Positions 48,079 through 57,814 of a DNA stretch of 64,000 nt are shown one piece after another (the stretch's first letter is position 1; each line of letters starts with the position of its first letter). The stretch comes from a virus (lineage: Duplodnaviria > Caudoviricetes), in IMG/VR virus record IMGVR_UViG_3300028833_000006, positions 1 to 64,000 of that record. The stretch is one strand, 5' to 3'. The position numbers were made by a program, and so were the translations under genes. The notes below the pieces were generated by a model. The model was not told the DNA's origin and did not search any database. It saw only the letters and a program-made list of their open reading frames with translations.

Positions 48079-48570
48079 CTATGATTTATTGTATATCTTT
48101 TTGCTTGTATCTAGATAATCTACTTGTATAGTAAAACTATACTTTGCAAGCGGTGGTGTTGTCTGTGTATCCACACTGTTAAGTCTTGGATTTTCAGTTG
48201 TGACACGCATGTCATCTATCTCACAATACTCACCAAAATTAGGATAATTCCTAATGTCGGCTTGCTCGACTATCCAATCGATTATGTCTTGTACCTCTGA
48301 AAAGTCCATAACATTACTGTCAACATGACTTTCTGGGTCAACCTTTACTATTTGATTATAAGCCACTGACTTAAAATCTACAATAGTTGCGGAGTATCTT
48401 TTTTCAATACATCCGTCTATATATGCTTTGTTGACAGCCTTGTCATTTGCTAATGCTACAATCTGCTTATTATTCTCTTTCGCATTGATGAAATTGAAAT
48501 ACAGCGGATTGTCTCTAATGATAGGACAGTCTAACAAAAAAGTTATTATCGCTTGGTTCTTGTCACTCAT
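48079..48570 (-). CDS. Tail terminator / neck protein
   Basis: Synteny; W..EQ....NYP...AKY. Confidence 0.65.
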   Translation of the reverse strand: MSDKNQAIITFLLDCPIIRDNPLYFNFINAKENNKQIVALANDKAVNKAYIDGCIEKRYSATIVDFKSVAYNQIVKVDPESHVDSNVMDFSEVQDIIDWIVEQADIRNYPNFGEYCEIDDMRVTTENPRLNSVDTQTTPPLAKYSFTIQVDYLDTSKKIYNKS

Positions 48571-48920
48571 GCTTTATTTAACCTATCGCTCAAAATATCG
48601 GCTACCTTGGCTATAAATGTATCGCCCTCGGCATCTAACATTGCTTTATCCCATTGAGCACTCGCAAGTGGGTGGATGTTTGTATTGTGATTGGGATTTA
48701 TGTACTGCTTGGTTGAGTATGGAGCATTGTACTTAACACCAGTTTCATCTACAGTAATGTCATTAGCAAGTCTACCTGTTTGATAGGGTACATAAGGGTC
48801 ACTCATGTCTGCTAATAATTGATTTATCTCTGTAAGTGTCTCTGGGTTCTCTACAACGTCTCTAATCTCGTCTACTATCGCATCTGGATTAAATCCAGTT
48901 TTTATCCTAGAGTACATCAT
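48567..48920 (-). CDS. Head-tail joining ('minor capsid') protein
   Basis: PYVP..TG.L, Y.APY. Confidence 0.7.
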   Translation of the reverse strand: MMYSRIKTGFNPDAIVDEIRDVVENPETLTEINQLLADMSDPYVPYQTGRLANDITVDETGVKYNAPYSTKQYINPNHNTNIHPLASAQWDKAMLDAEGDTFIAKVADILSDRLNKA

Positions 48921-49369
48921 TTACCCCTTACTCTATAATGCTCGTTGTTACGTCCACCGCCAGTATTGTCTGTAAAGTTCATTATCTCAATATAGTTTAC
49001 AAGGTCTTGGTATTTCGCTTGAATGTCGCTCATACTCTTGCCCTTTGCATACTCATCTACTTCGTCTTCTATCTCGCCCTCAAATATAACATCTCCCCTA
49101 CCAAGTGTGAAATAATCACCCATTTGGTCATTAGGTAATTGTACCCATTTAAGTCTAGGAAGATATTTATCATTCTTGGGTATACGGCAAATCGTACTTG
49201 TGGCTGATACTACGGCATCTCCAAGTCTTAACTGCTCTGCATCATTCTTGAAAAAACAACTAGGAATTACTGTTCTGTACCACTGTTTAATGCCTGTGGT
49301 GTTATCTTCATATTTATTGTAGAGTGTAATGGTATCATCCCACCAACTTGCGATTCTCTGATTGTCCAT
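48917..49369 (-). CDS. Head closure / joining protein
   Basis: TITLYNK..W.RTV, GD.I..G, HY. Confidence 0.65.
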   Translation of the reverse strand: MDNQRIASWWDDTITLYNKYEDNTTGIKQWYRTVIPSCFFKNDAEQLRLGDAVVSATSTICRIPKNDKYLPRLKWVQLPNDQMGDYFTLGRGDVIFEGEIEDEVDEYAKGKSMSDIQAKYQDLVNYIEIMNFTDNTGGGRNNEHYRVRGK

Positions 49370-49379
49370 CTTATCACCC

Positions 49380-49799
49380 TCATTCGTCTTCGTAGATACC
49401 ACGGTATAAAACCTTGTGCCCTAACTCATTGACTACACTATGAAGATATTTCCTTATGGTATCGCCTTGGCTTTCCCTAAATGTTTTTAACAAATCTGAA
49501 TACGAGATGTTGTTATAACTTATGGATACACCATCATTTGACTGACTCGCTACTGACTTACTAGCAGTACCTTCTATCCCAACTGCAAGTCCAGCGTTCT
49601 CTGCATCTTGTATCTTCTCAATCTGTGAGATTAGATACATCATACACATCTTAACCTCTTCTGGCAGTCGTGTCATTTTCTTTAGTCTGTCAAACGTATA
49701 CCAGTCTACAGTCGCTCTTGCCTCAAACTCTAATAGATTAAAGGTGGTTTCGTCTTTAGTGCCACCCATAGAAGTATATTCTTCAAAAGTTAAGTACAT
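49380..49799 (-). CDS. Head-tail connector (adaptor)
   Basis: YLTFEEY...GG, SQSNDGVSISY, LYRG. Confidence 0.8.
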   Translation of the reverse strand: MYLTFEEYTSMGGTKDETTFNLLEFEARATVDWYTFDRLKKMTRLPEEVKMCMMYLISQIEKIQDAENAGLAVGIEGTASKSVASQSNDGVSISYNNISYSDLLKTFRESQGDTIRKYLHSVVNELGHKVLYRGIYEDE

Positions 49800-49828
49800 A
49801 AAACTCCACCACCTTTACAATGATTTAC

Positions 49829-50155
49829 TTATTCAGACTTCTTTGTTGCTCGTGTCTTGGGCTTAGGCTCTGCTTTGGGTTCTACTTCTGCTGTGTCTTC
49901 ACTCTCGGCTTTAACTGCCTTTGCTGACTGTGCTTTTTCTAACTCTGCCTTAAGTGCATCTACCTCTGCCTTGAGTTCTGCTATCTCCTTAGTATGCTCT
50001 CTATATGCTCTTTGTAGATTAGGAACGTCAGCGGGAATTGTCTCTCTGATAACTGCGCCCTTATCGTCTACTATCTTATAGCCTTGATTTGCATATCTTT
50101 CGATACTCTCCTCATCAATCTTAACAACTCTATTGTCTTTTTGAGCATAAATCAT
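49829..50155 (-). CDS. Capsid-associated hypothetical protein
   Basis: Follows the major capsid gene; coiled coil. Confidence 0.65.
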   Translation of the reverse strand: MIYAQKDNRVVKIDEESIERYANQGYKIVDDKGAVIRETIPADVPNLQRAYREHTKEIAELKAEVDALKAELEKAQSAKAVKAESEDTAEVEPKAEPKPKTRATKKSE

Positions 50156-50175
50156 AAGTGACTGTCCTCCTACTA

Positions 50176-51069
50176 TTAAGGTTCAATATTGAATTGAATA
50201 GCACCAGCCTTGTTATTGAGAATGAATACGTCCTCGAATGACTCCTCAAAGTAGATGTACTTACCTTCTGAACCAGCACTAGGCTCGTCTAACTTAGAGA
50301 ATGTGTAAGATACGGGTGTAATTACTGCTGTGGGCTGTACAAGGAACATATTAATCTGCTTTGCGCCAGTAGCAGGCTTCCAACCCTGTGTGAAGTCGTA
50401 AAGTGTCTTCATAAGGGGTGCAGGAACACCAATTATCTCTACTTCGTCAAGTCTGTTGACTACTCTATCAATCTTGTGGTTATTATCTGTTACGTCTATG
50501 CTACGAGAAATCTTGTCAGCTTCCTTAAGAATGTACTTAACTTCATTCGTAACATAAAGGATTCTACCATTAACGGGTACTCTTGCATTATCCATCTTAA
50601 GCATAAGTGCATCAAATACTTGAAGTGCGTTTGCTGATGTGATAACAGTCGTGTCAGCCGCAGTAGTTGCGAGTGCATTCCAATCTGAGAAAATCTTTGA
50701 AACGCAGTATGCATCCATCTCGGGGAACTTCTGCTCTTCGTTGAATACCTTTGTGATATTCTGAATGGTAGTAACCATGTTTGTCTGGTCAACATCCATA
50801 GGATGTACGAGCGTAGACCACTTTCTCTGATTTTTAAGGGTCTTCGTCTCCCAGTTGTTGTCGTAATTTCTCTGTGCCGTTGCAATCGTGTCACGGTTAG
50901 AGTCCACACGACCTGTGGTTGAGATACTAGGTATCTCGATTGTCTTTGCGTTTACCCAACGATATGTATTGTTGTTGGGAGTGTTGTAAAGTGCACCAAA
51001 GTTAAGTGTGTACGGAAAAGCCTGTGCAAGTGCTCTTGAGTACTGTGTTGCATAATTCAATGCTGCCAT
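50176..51069 (-). CDS. Major capsid protein
   Basis: Follows the scaffold; TIEIP, PEMDAY, GRILYV; strong codon bias. Confidence 0.88.
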   Translation of the reverse strand: MAALNYATQYSRALAQAFPYTLNFGALYNTPNNNTYRWVNAKTIEIPSISTTGRVDSNRDTIATAQRNYDNNWETKTLKNQRKWSTLVHPMDVDQTNMVTTIQNITKVFNEEQKFPEMDAYCVSKIFSDWNALATTAADTTVITSANALQVFDALMLKMDNARVPVNGRILYVTNEVKYILKEADKISRSIDVTDNNHKIDRVVNRLDEVEIIGVPAPLMKTLYDFTQGWKPATGAKQINMFLVQPTAVITPVSYTFSKLDEPSAGSEGKYIYFEESFEDVFILNNKAGAIQFNIEP

Positions 51070-51096
51070 TATACGTGTCCTCCTAATAATAAGTAA

Positions 51097-51837
51097 TTAG
51101 TGAGACCTTACTCCTTGAAAGTCGAATGACCAATCTTCGTCACCGCTGTCAAACCCTTGTGCTGACCCAACAAATACTTCGGGAATCTCAATATCGTCAG
51201 GCTCAACTTCCTCTACCTTAGGCTCTTCAACAATCGGATGAGACACAACTTCTGACACTTCTGTCACAATCGGCTCAGGCTCTGGTAACTCTACTTTGAA
51301 AGCGTCTGCATTCTGCTCAGAATAGATAGATACAAAATCATCTGCACCTATTAGTCTATCCCCCTCCATCTGCAACTGCTTGGCAAGCATCTCCCTAGTG
51401 AAGTCTCTCTTAGCCGCCTCTGATGAGAATTGCTTTGTGTTAGCAAATTCCTTAACAGCAAACTCATACTTCTGCTGTGCCATAAGGTCTTTGTAATTCT
51501 TAACGTCTGCTTCGTACTTACTCTGTAAGTCTGACAGTGATGTCGTTAAGTCTGCTAACTTTGTAGCGTCCTCGTCAGCCGATTTTAACTTCTCTTGCAA
51601 CTGTGCAAGGTCAGTATCCCTCGTGCTTATGGTCTCATTGAGTGTGTTTATCTGCTCGTCTCTAGTAGCAATCTCATTATCCTTCGCCTTGATAGCGGAA
51701 TCAAATTTTGATACGCTGACATACTTACCGTCTGATAAGTCTGCAAATTTCGCCCCACTCTCTTTCGCCATTGCCTCGAACTGCTCATAGGTCAACTTAC
51801 CGTCTTCGGCATTCTCGAAAAGGTCTTTAATGTTCAT
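51097..51837 (-). CDS. Capsid scaffolding protein (gp20-like)
   Basis: GKYVS..KF, long coiled coil, acidic tail. Confidence 0.8.
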   Translation of the reverse strand: MNIKDLFENAEDGKLTYEQFEAMAKESGAKFADLSDGKYVSVSKFDSAIKAKDNEIATRDEQINTLNETISTRDTDLAQLQEKLKSADEDATKLADLTTSLSDLQSKYEADVKNYKDLMAQQKYEFAVKEFANTKQFSSEAAKRDFTREMLAKQLQMEGDRLIGADDFVSIYSEQNADAFKVELPEPEPIVTEVSEVVSHPIVEEPKVEEVEPDDIEIPEVFVGSAQGFDSGDEDWSFDFQGVRSH

Positions 51838-51994
51838 TTGTCATTGTCCTCCTAACAATCTTTTATATCTGCTTTATTTGTAACTGCCCAGTCGCAGTTC
51901 TGGGCTGATTGCTACCTCATTTTACAGGTCTTTGGCTTGACCTCTATATAAATGCAATATAGACAAGGTTACATAACTAACCTATCTGTTGTAT

Positions 51995-52024
51995 AGTATA
52001 TCATACTTCTTATTATTATGTAAA
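51995..52024 (-). promoter_or_regulatory. sigmaA-like promoter for the scaffold/capsid operon
   Basis: TTTACA-18-TATACT with TG extension. Confidence 0.55.
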
Positions 52025-52060
52025 CTGTTTTTCACAATATTTTGAAATATTTTTCATACA

Positions 52061-54223
52061 CTATACATTATCTTGTGTCTTGAGTTTTGTCGCTTTGGTC
52101 TTTTTCTGCTTTAAGACTTGTGACTGCATGGACTGATATGCGCCACCGCCAACTTTTCCTACACCACCATTTGTAGAAATTTGGTTGCCTTGATTTCCTT
52201 GCCCCCCTTGTGCCCCTTGTCCATTGGTAGGGGTGGGTGCTTGCTGTCCTTGATTATTCGTGCCCCTATTATTATTGGCTTGAGTTGAATTTAAATTTTG
52301 TTGCTCACCGCTGACACTCGTGTCACTTTCCTCATCCCCCTTGTCTGAGTTGGTGGGGCTTTGGCTATTACCGTTGGAATTAGGGGAGGGTTGTCCTTGT
52401 GCCATCATTGATGAGACTGCCATGTTCTGCTCAATTGCTTGTTGAGATTCTTCTTGAACTCTTTGCAGTGCATCCATTGCCTGTCTCTTGGTCTCTCCGT
52501 AATACCACATTCTTGTTTCTAACTTGCTTGCCAATCCCTTGTCCATGAGAGTGAGCCTTGTGTTTAACTCTGTTACCATGTCTACTAGAATGCTGTCATC
52601 CCATGTGAATGAGACATCGTAAAGACCTAACTTCTTGGTGTCCACTTTGCCCCCTCGGATTACTACGTCTCCGACAATGTTGTAAATTGTGCAGTAAACG
52701 TCCATTGCGTAAATTACGTCTTTAAGGGCTGACTCTAATGCTTTTTGGATTTCTGCGTTGCTTGCGTAACTTCTTTGCTTTAAAATCTTAATCTCTGTTG
52801 CTGTTCTCGCCTCTGCGCTCACGTCTGCGATTGTGCCCCTGCTTAATGCCACTACGTCTTCAATTCGCATCAAAAGCGTGTTTAATCCATTAATCATTGA
52901 CGCATCTCTAAGGCTTGGTGCGTAAGGTTTGTAAGTGTCTGACTCACCTAAGTCAACTGGTCTGTAAAGTCTTTGCTGTAAGTGCCCCATCATTGAATGA
53001 GAATTACCCTTAAAGTCTGTTACATCTGTAAGTGCATCTCTGTCAATGTCAATTGCTAATTCGCCACCTTCGTACTCCCAAAGTAATCTAGAATACTGTA
53101 AATCCGCTTGCTTGATTAACTCCTTTGCTCTTGCGAAACCACTGATTCCTAACGGTGAGTGCGGGTCAATCGTGTTTGCTTCTGGCATCTTAAAATAACC
53201 AAACATCATTCGGTCTACGTTCTTAATTGTTGCCCTCTGCGGAATGTTCTTCCATTCTGGAACTTGCTTTAACTCAATCTCTGCCCCAAGCACTGCGTTG
53301 CCCAAAGTCATCGTGTTGTCTGTTCGGTTCAGACTCCTAAATGCTCTGTTAGTGATTGTAACTGTGTTATTCTCCAACTTGTGATACTCTAACCTAGTGT
53401 AAGTGTATTCCTTGTCAACCTTGGTCTGTAAGAATGCTACCTCTATTAGATTGCCACTGCTGTCAAATGAAAAAGGATAAAAACAATCTGCTTGTACAAA
53501 GTCAAACTCTATAGCGTACTTGTACTTCTTATTGTTCTTATCTGTTTTTATCTCTGCTGTTCCCTCTGTGTCATTAGTACTACTTTCAGAATTTGATTGC
53601 TCGTTTGTTGATTCAGCGTTGGCTACACCTTCTGATTTCTGCTCTGCCTTTGCCCCCACCTTACTATTATCAAGTCCTGCTACCTCTGCTACTGCCATTC
53701 TTGTCACATAAGGTTTTATTATAAGACTACCTTTAGCAATACCCAATTCAAGTTGTGTTCTTAATCTAGAAAGCAACTTATCTTGGTATTCCTTATTCAT
53801 AAACTCCGCTCTCTCTGTTGGAGATTTTGCTTTTTCCTTTATTACTGTTTTGGGTTTATTGCTAATAGATATGTTTCCATTTATATCTGATACTGGCGGT
53901 TGATACTCTGGATTAACAACTTCTTGAATACTCATTGGTGCGGTTATCTCTGACTGTAATTCTAATACCGCCATCCTTGCTTTTTCACTTGCTATAAATG
54001 CTGGTAACCCCAAAGACGTTACTAATGAATGGTCTTTGAAATCTGGTTCGTGCAACCAATCTGCTCTGTCTTCATACATTGCTGTCCACTCATCAATAGC
54101 ATCTATCATCTTACTACTGATTGCTGGTGAAATATGTAATGTTTGTTCAATATTTTTAACACCTATCATACCTTGCACCTTCTCTTTAACTGTTGACCAT
54201 AATGACATATTTATATACCTCAT
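52061..54223 (-). CDS. Portal protein (A118/SPP1 gp6-like)
   Basis: LP..IASE.AR, YTRLEYH, SPLGIS.F, ARTATEI, WDDSI; low-complexity insert and tail. Confidence 0.88.
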   Translation of the reverse strand: MRYINMSLWSTVKEKVQGMIGVKNIEQTLHISPAISSKMIDAIDEWTAMYEDRADWLHEPDFKDHSLVTSLGLPAFIASEKARMAVLELQSEITAPMSIQEVVNPEYQPPVSDINGNISISNKPKTVIKEKAKSPTERAEFMNKEYQDKLLSRLRTQLELGIAKGSLIIKPYVTRMAVAEVAGLDNSKVGAKAEQKSEGVANAESTNEQSNSESSTNDTEGTAEIKTDKNNKKYKYAIEFDFVQADCFYPFSFDSSGNLIEVAFLQTKVDKEYTYTRLEYHKLENNTVTITNRAFRSLNRTDNTMTLGNAVLGAEIELKQVPEWKNIPQRATIKNVDRMMFGYFKMPEANTIDPHSPLGISGFARAKELIKQADLQYSRLLWEYEGGELAIDIDRDALTDVTDFKGNSHSMMGHLQQRLYRPVDLGESDTYKPYAPSLRDASMINGLNTLLMRIEDVVALSRGTIADVSAEARTATEIKILKQRSYASNAEIQKALESALKDVIYAMDVYCTIYNIVGDVVIRGGKVDTKKLGLYDVSFTWDDSILVDMVTELNTRLTLMDKGLASKLETRMWYYGETKRQAMDALQRVQEESQQAIEQNMAVSSMMAQGQPSPNSNGNSQSPTNSDKGDEESDTSVSGEQQNLNSTQANNNRGTNNQGQQAPTPTNGQGAQGGQGNQGNQISTNGGVGKVGGGAYQSMQSQVLKQKKTKATKLKTQDNV

Positions 54224-54248
54224 ATAATTATGTAAACTACCACAAAAT

Positions 54249-54277
54249 ATTATACTAAATATTTATTTCTGTGTAAA
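54249..54277 (-). promoter_or_regulatory. sigmaA-like promoter for the portal gene
   Basis: TTTACA-17-TATAAT. Confidence 0.65.
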
Positions 54278-54310
54278 GAAAAAAGGCTTGCCAATATAGG
54301 CAAACCTCTT
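54278..54310 (-). terminator. Terminator ending the accessory block
   Basis: agg.ttgcc/ggcaa.cct stem plus T-run on the minus strand. Confidence 0.6.
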
Positions 54311-54373
54311 CTCGGAACAAAATGGATTTATTGGTCTGTGACTCTCAACAAACTATATACTAATATAATCACA

Positions 54374-54565
54374 TTATTTTGTCAATGCCAAATCACCACG
54401 GATACATTCCTTTATATACCCTTGCTTATTTGGTACAGACTCTAGTTTTGATATTATATCCGCATCTGTTACTTTGTTCAGTTTGATTAAAAACTTTTTA
54501 GTATGTTCCTTATCATATTTTGCTGTTGCTCGTATCTGCGCCTTTGTTGTTGCCATATCACTCAT
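54374..54565 (-). CDS. Arc/ribbon-helix-helix-like DNA-binding protein
   Basis: AQ.RA..KYDK......KLN...D.DII..L....NKQGYIK. Confidence 0.65.
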   Translation of the reverse strand: MSDMATTKAQIRATAKYDKEHTKKFLIKLNKVTDADIISKLESVPNKQGYIKECIRGDLALTK

Positions 54566-54842
54566 CTCCTCTCACACTTATAGAACCATAAACAACATCA
54601 TCAAACACATTTGTCTTCTGCCAATCTTTAAATTTATCTTCTGTCATAAAATACACTCGAAATTCTTGTGTATCATAACTACCCATATATCCAGACCACG
54701 TATATCTCTGTAGTGTATCTGACTTGGCTACCTTATCCAACTCTGCACGTAATGCTTTCTCCGCATCAACTTCGGTTAATAATATATGTACTATAGTGAA
54801 TCTTTGTATCGTACCAGAATGTCTCATTCGCATACCCTTCAC
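54558..54842 (-). CDS. Hypothetical protein
   Basis: ORF in operon. Confidence 0.5.
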   Translation of the reverse strand: MKGMRMRHSGTIQRFTIVHILLTEVDAEKALRAELDKVAKSDTLQRYTWSGYMGSYDTQEFRVYFMTEDKFKDWQKTNVFDDVVYGSISVRGDE

Positions 54843-55007
54843 TGCTTGTAAATTTTTACATCAATACCTTGCTGTTGTATCTTGGTCGTATTATCGGCTA
54901 TTTTTGCCAACGACTTTGCTATATCCATAAGCAATAAATCTGTATCCATACTACCATCTCCTTTAGTAATTACATCCTTTATCATTTCGATTAATTCACA
55001 ATACCTA

Positions 55008-55364
55008 CTAGTCATCAATCACAACCTCCACTGTGCCTGCGTCTAATTGTCTATATTTCTTCTGATTATCCAACTGCAACATAAACTTGGAATTATTCAG
55101 TCTATTTTCATTCTCATTGTGTTTCGGTGTAGCCACTTCCCCACTACTTATCAAACTACTTAACGCTGATTCAATTCGTGCCCTTAACTTTTGTCTATAC
55201 TGCTTTATCACATCGACTATCAACCTCTCTGACCGTCTCCCTACGGTAACTGATACTGGCTCATCTATTACATTCATTATCTTATCTTTGGTATCTTGCA
55301 CCCCCTGCTGATACCCCGTGTGATAATATGTATGATAAAGTGCGTCTAACTCATGTTGCGACAT
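55008..55364 (-). CDS. Hypothetical protein
   Basis: ORF with RBS. Confidence 0.55.
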   Translation of the reverse strand: MSQHELDALYHTYYHTGYQQGVQDTKDKIMNVIDEPVSVTVGRRSERLIVDVIKQYRQKLRARIESALSSLISSGEVATPKHNENENRLNNSKFMLQLDNQKKYRQLDAGTVEVVIDD

Positions 55365-55386
55365 ATTATATCACTCCCTAATTATG

Positions 55387-55665
55387 TTATTTCCGTGCTG
55401 TCAACAGATATACGTTTCTTAATTTATCCACTCCCTTTATTCTCACATACTTATCTGTCTCCCTATCAATAGTCATACAATCGAAACCTAATAGATTCAA
55501 CGCTGCTAAATGCATGAATAAATCATGTGCGTCAACGCTATCCTCTACGGCATCTAATACATCTGTTACTGTCGCATATCTATCAAACCCATTTCCACAC
55601 GCAACATTACTTAATGCAAGCGGAACGTCACCTACTGTTGTTAATCTCACACTATTTCTCTGCAT
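55387..55665 (-). CDS. Hypothetical protein
   Basis: ORF with RBS. Confidence 0.55.
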   Translation of the reverse strand: MQRNSVRLTTVGDVPLALSNVACGNGFDRYATVTDVLDAVEDSVDAHDLFMHLAALNLLGFDCMTIDRETDKYVRIKGVDKLRNVYLLTARK

Positions 55666-55821
55666 CTTCGTCCTCTTTCTCTAACTTTTCCAACTCTGTT
55701 TTTAACATACCATCAAATACAAAATCAAACTGTGTAATCTGCGACTTGTCATATTTATTTTTAGAATTTTTCTGCCCCAAAAATGTAGCCAACTCCGACT
55801 TCCCAACTTTTTTAATCGCCA

Positions 55822-56166
55822 TTATGAAATCTCCTCGAATATCGGAACTAATGTCTGTGCCAATCTACGCTTTGATACTCGCATTCTCTTGTCATTCATA
55901 ACTCTCCTAGCATTCTCAAGGTTATTTATGCCCCAACTTGCCCCCTTATCAAGCAATTTAGCATACTCTGTGCCCACTTTGATTGCTTTAACTGTATTCG
56001 GATTAATTGTGTAATCATCCTTGTTATACCATTCAGCTAAAGGAATCCATTCATCATCCCCCATATTCTTACCGATATTCCATACAAAAAACCCATTCGG
56101 TATCTTATTCACTATCTCATAAGTTTTCGCAACCCCAAAAGTATCAACCGTTGTAATTGTACGCAT
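55822..56166 (-). CDS. Hypothetical protein
   Basis: AAAGGAGA RBS. Confidence 0.65.
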   Translation of the reverse strand: MRTITTVDTFGVAKTYEIVNKIPNGFFVWNIGKNMGDDEWIPLAEWYNKDDYTINPNTVKAIKVGTEYAKLLDKGASWGINNLENARRVMNDKRMRVSKRRLAQTLVPIFEEIS

Positions 56167-56207
56167 ATTCGTTTCTCCTTTCAATACTAACTTCTTGTCA
56201 CATTATA

Positions 56208-56236
56208 AGTATATACCATACTAGCATATATGTCAA
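56208..56236 (-). promoter_or_regulatory. sigmaA promoter without the operator
   Basis: TTGACA-17-TATACT. Confidence 0.7.
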
Positions 56237-56610
56237 TACATAGTTTCGTCTAACACATCATTTACCCTTACAAGCACCTTACCATCTTCAACCTCAACCA
56301 TAATTATGTCATCATACTTAATGTACTCTTTGAAATCTAATCCAATCGTCTTATAGTATAAATCTACGTATTTGTAATCAAGGTTATATGCCATTTCATC
56401 AAAATCACGGACTGTTAACTTTCTATCAATTATCTCGTACTCGCCATTGTTCGGCACAACATACACCTTAAATATCTCGTCAAATTCAATTGACTCAACA
56501 ACCATAGTGTCATCAATATCTATTTTGTTTTCGTCCAAATCATAGAACTCAACTACTTCGTCTAGATACTTCTCAATATCCTTTGCCAATACTGTTGCTC
56601 TTGCTCTCAT
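56233..56610 (-). CDS. Highly acidic hypothetical protein
   Basis: D/E-rich ORF with strong RBS. Confidence 0.65.
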   Translation of the reverse strand: MRARATVLAKDIEKYLDEVVEFYDLDENKIDIDDTMVVESIEFDEIFKVYVVPNNGEYEIIDRKLTVRDFDEMAYNLDYKYVDLYYKTIGLDFKEYIKYDDIIMVEVEDGKVLVRVNDVLDETMY

Positions 56611-56623
56611 AAGTTTCTCCTTT

Positions 56624-56902
56624 CTACGCTATCTTAAGTATTGCTGACTTCGGAATCCACACCCTATACCCATTGTATACTGTGAAATTCGGTCTATAAG
56701 ACCGTGTACTCCAATATCTGCAATTAACAAATACTGCCTTTTCGGTCTCCTTTACAATATCCTCAACTCCGATATTGTATATAGCAACCTCATTACCGTT
56801 CTCGTCATAGTCATACTGCTTATCCCAAACTATAGTCTTGGAATTACAAAATGCCCTTGACTGTATTTCCTCATATATCCAACTCTTGATTGTAAATGTC
56901 AT
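56624..56902 (-). CDS. Hypothetical protein (ETEKA...WIPKS family)
   Basis: Motif; first gene behind promoter copy C. Confidence 0.65.
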   Translation of the reverse strand: MTFTIKSWIYEEIQSRAFCNSKTIVWDKQYDYDENGNEVAIYNIGVEDIVKETEKAVFVNCRYWSTRSYRPNFTVYNGYRVWIPKSAILKIA

Positions 56903-56937
56903 ACCTTATACCTCCGTATTTAAGTTTCCCAACTGTT

Positions 56938-57001
56938 CCTTACAAGTATAGTATAAGGCAATACTTATTATATGTCAATACTATTTTGAAAAATTTTTCA
57001 A
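56938..57001 (-). promoter_or_regulatory. Operator-bearing sigmaA promoter, copy C
   Basis: TTGACA(56973-78)-17-TATACT(56950-55); AATAAG-N6-CTTATA. Confidence 0.85.
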
Positions 57002-57234
57002 ATTAAATATTGTTCTATTGGCTTTGCGTCATCTATATTCTCCTCTTCATCTCGCACCACTAATATAAGCGTATTTGTATCTGCAACATACATACTGACA
57101 ACTTCTAAATCTCGGTACTGCTTATCTATCATTTCGCCAATACCGTACTCCGCATATACATAATTAGTCTGATTAATTATTCTCACACTTGTTTGAATAT
57201 CAACTATCTTGGATAAATCACGTACTGTTGTCAT
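56998..57234 (-). CDS. Hypothetical protein
   Basis: GAGGTGG RBS before MTTVRD. Confidence 0.5.
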   Translation of the reverse strand: MTTVRDLSKIVDIQTSVRIINQTNYVYAEYGIGEMIDKQYRDLEVVSMYVADTNTLILVVRDEEENIDDAKPIEQYLI

Positions 57235-57271
57235 ACCTACACCACCTCTCACGCACACACATAACCGCAAC

Positions 57272-57571
57272 CTAGAATAATCTAGCCTGCGGTCTCTTCC
57301 TACCCTGTGCACTCTCTAACTGCTTTATCTTAGTCTTTAATGCCTCTACATCTCTACGCAAATACTCATTTTCATCATACATATCTGTGTAACAATCTAA
57401 ATCTCTGTGTAACGCTCTTATATAATTTGCAAAATCTGTACTGACAAACTCTTCTGCTATCTCATATATATCTTTGTCACTAAATACCGCTACTGCACCC
57501 TTTGGTGTCTCTATCATATCCACACTGTTCATCTTCTTCCACCTCGTTATCCTCATCTTCTGGCCCGCCAC
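57272..57571 (-). CDS. Hypothetical protein
   Basis: ORF; start uncertain. Confidence 0.5.
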   Translation of the reverse strand: MAGQKMRITRWKKMNSVDMIETPKGAVAVFSDKDIYEIAEEFVSTDFANYIRALHRDLDCYTDMYDENEYLRRDVEALKTKIKQLESAQGRKRPQARLF

Positions 57572-57631
57572 ACATTAAATCGCATAATTCATCCCATGTT
57601 AGATTTTCAAATGTCTTACCCATATATCCAC

Positions 57632-57814
57632 CTAATCAATATTCAACCATACCAATGTCCGCTCAGTATCAAACCCCATACGTTCAAACTTATCATAGTT
57701 TGGTGCACCGCCAACCCAATCTGGTTCTTCTGTCGGCTCATATGTGCTTCCATATGTCTCACTTGTCTTAATTGGTGCTAAATTATCCATACCAGGATAC
57801 CGCTTTTTTGTCAT
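57632..57814 (-). CDS. Hypothetical protein
   Basis: AAGGAG RBS. Confidence 0.5.
   Translation of the reverse strand: MTKKRYPGMDNLAPIKTSETYGSTYEPTEEPDWVGGAPNYDKFERMGFDTERTLVWLNID

Noticed and set aside
16417-55785. Similar TTTTTGGGGCA(A/G)AAA words at about 16420 and 55770
   Set aside because: Only two short copies in different contexts; may be chance.
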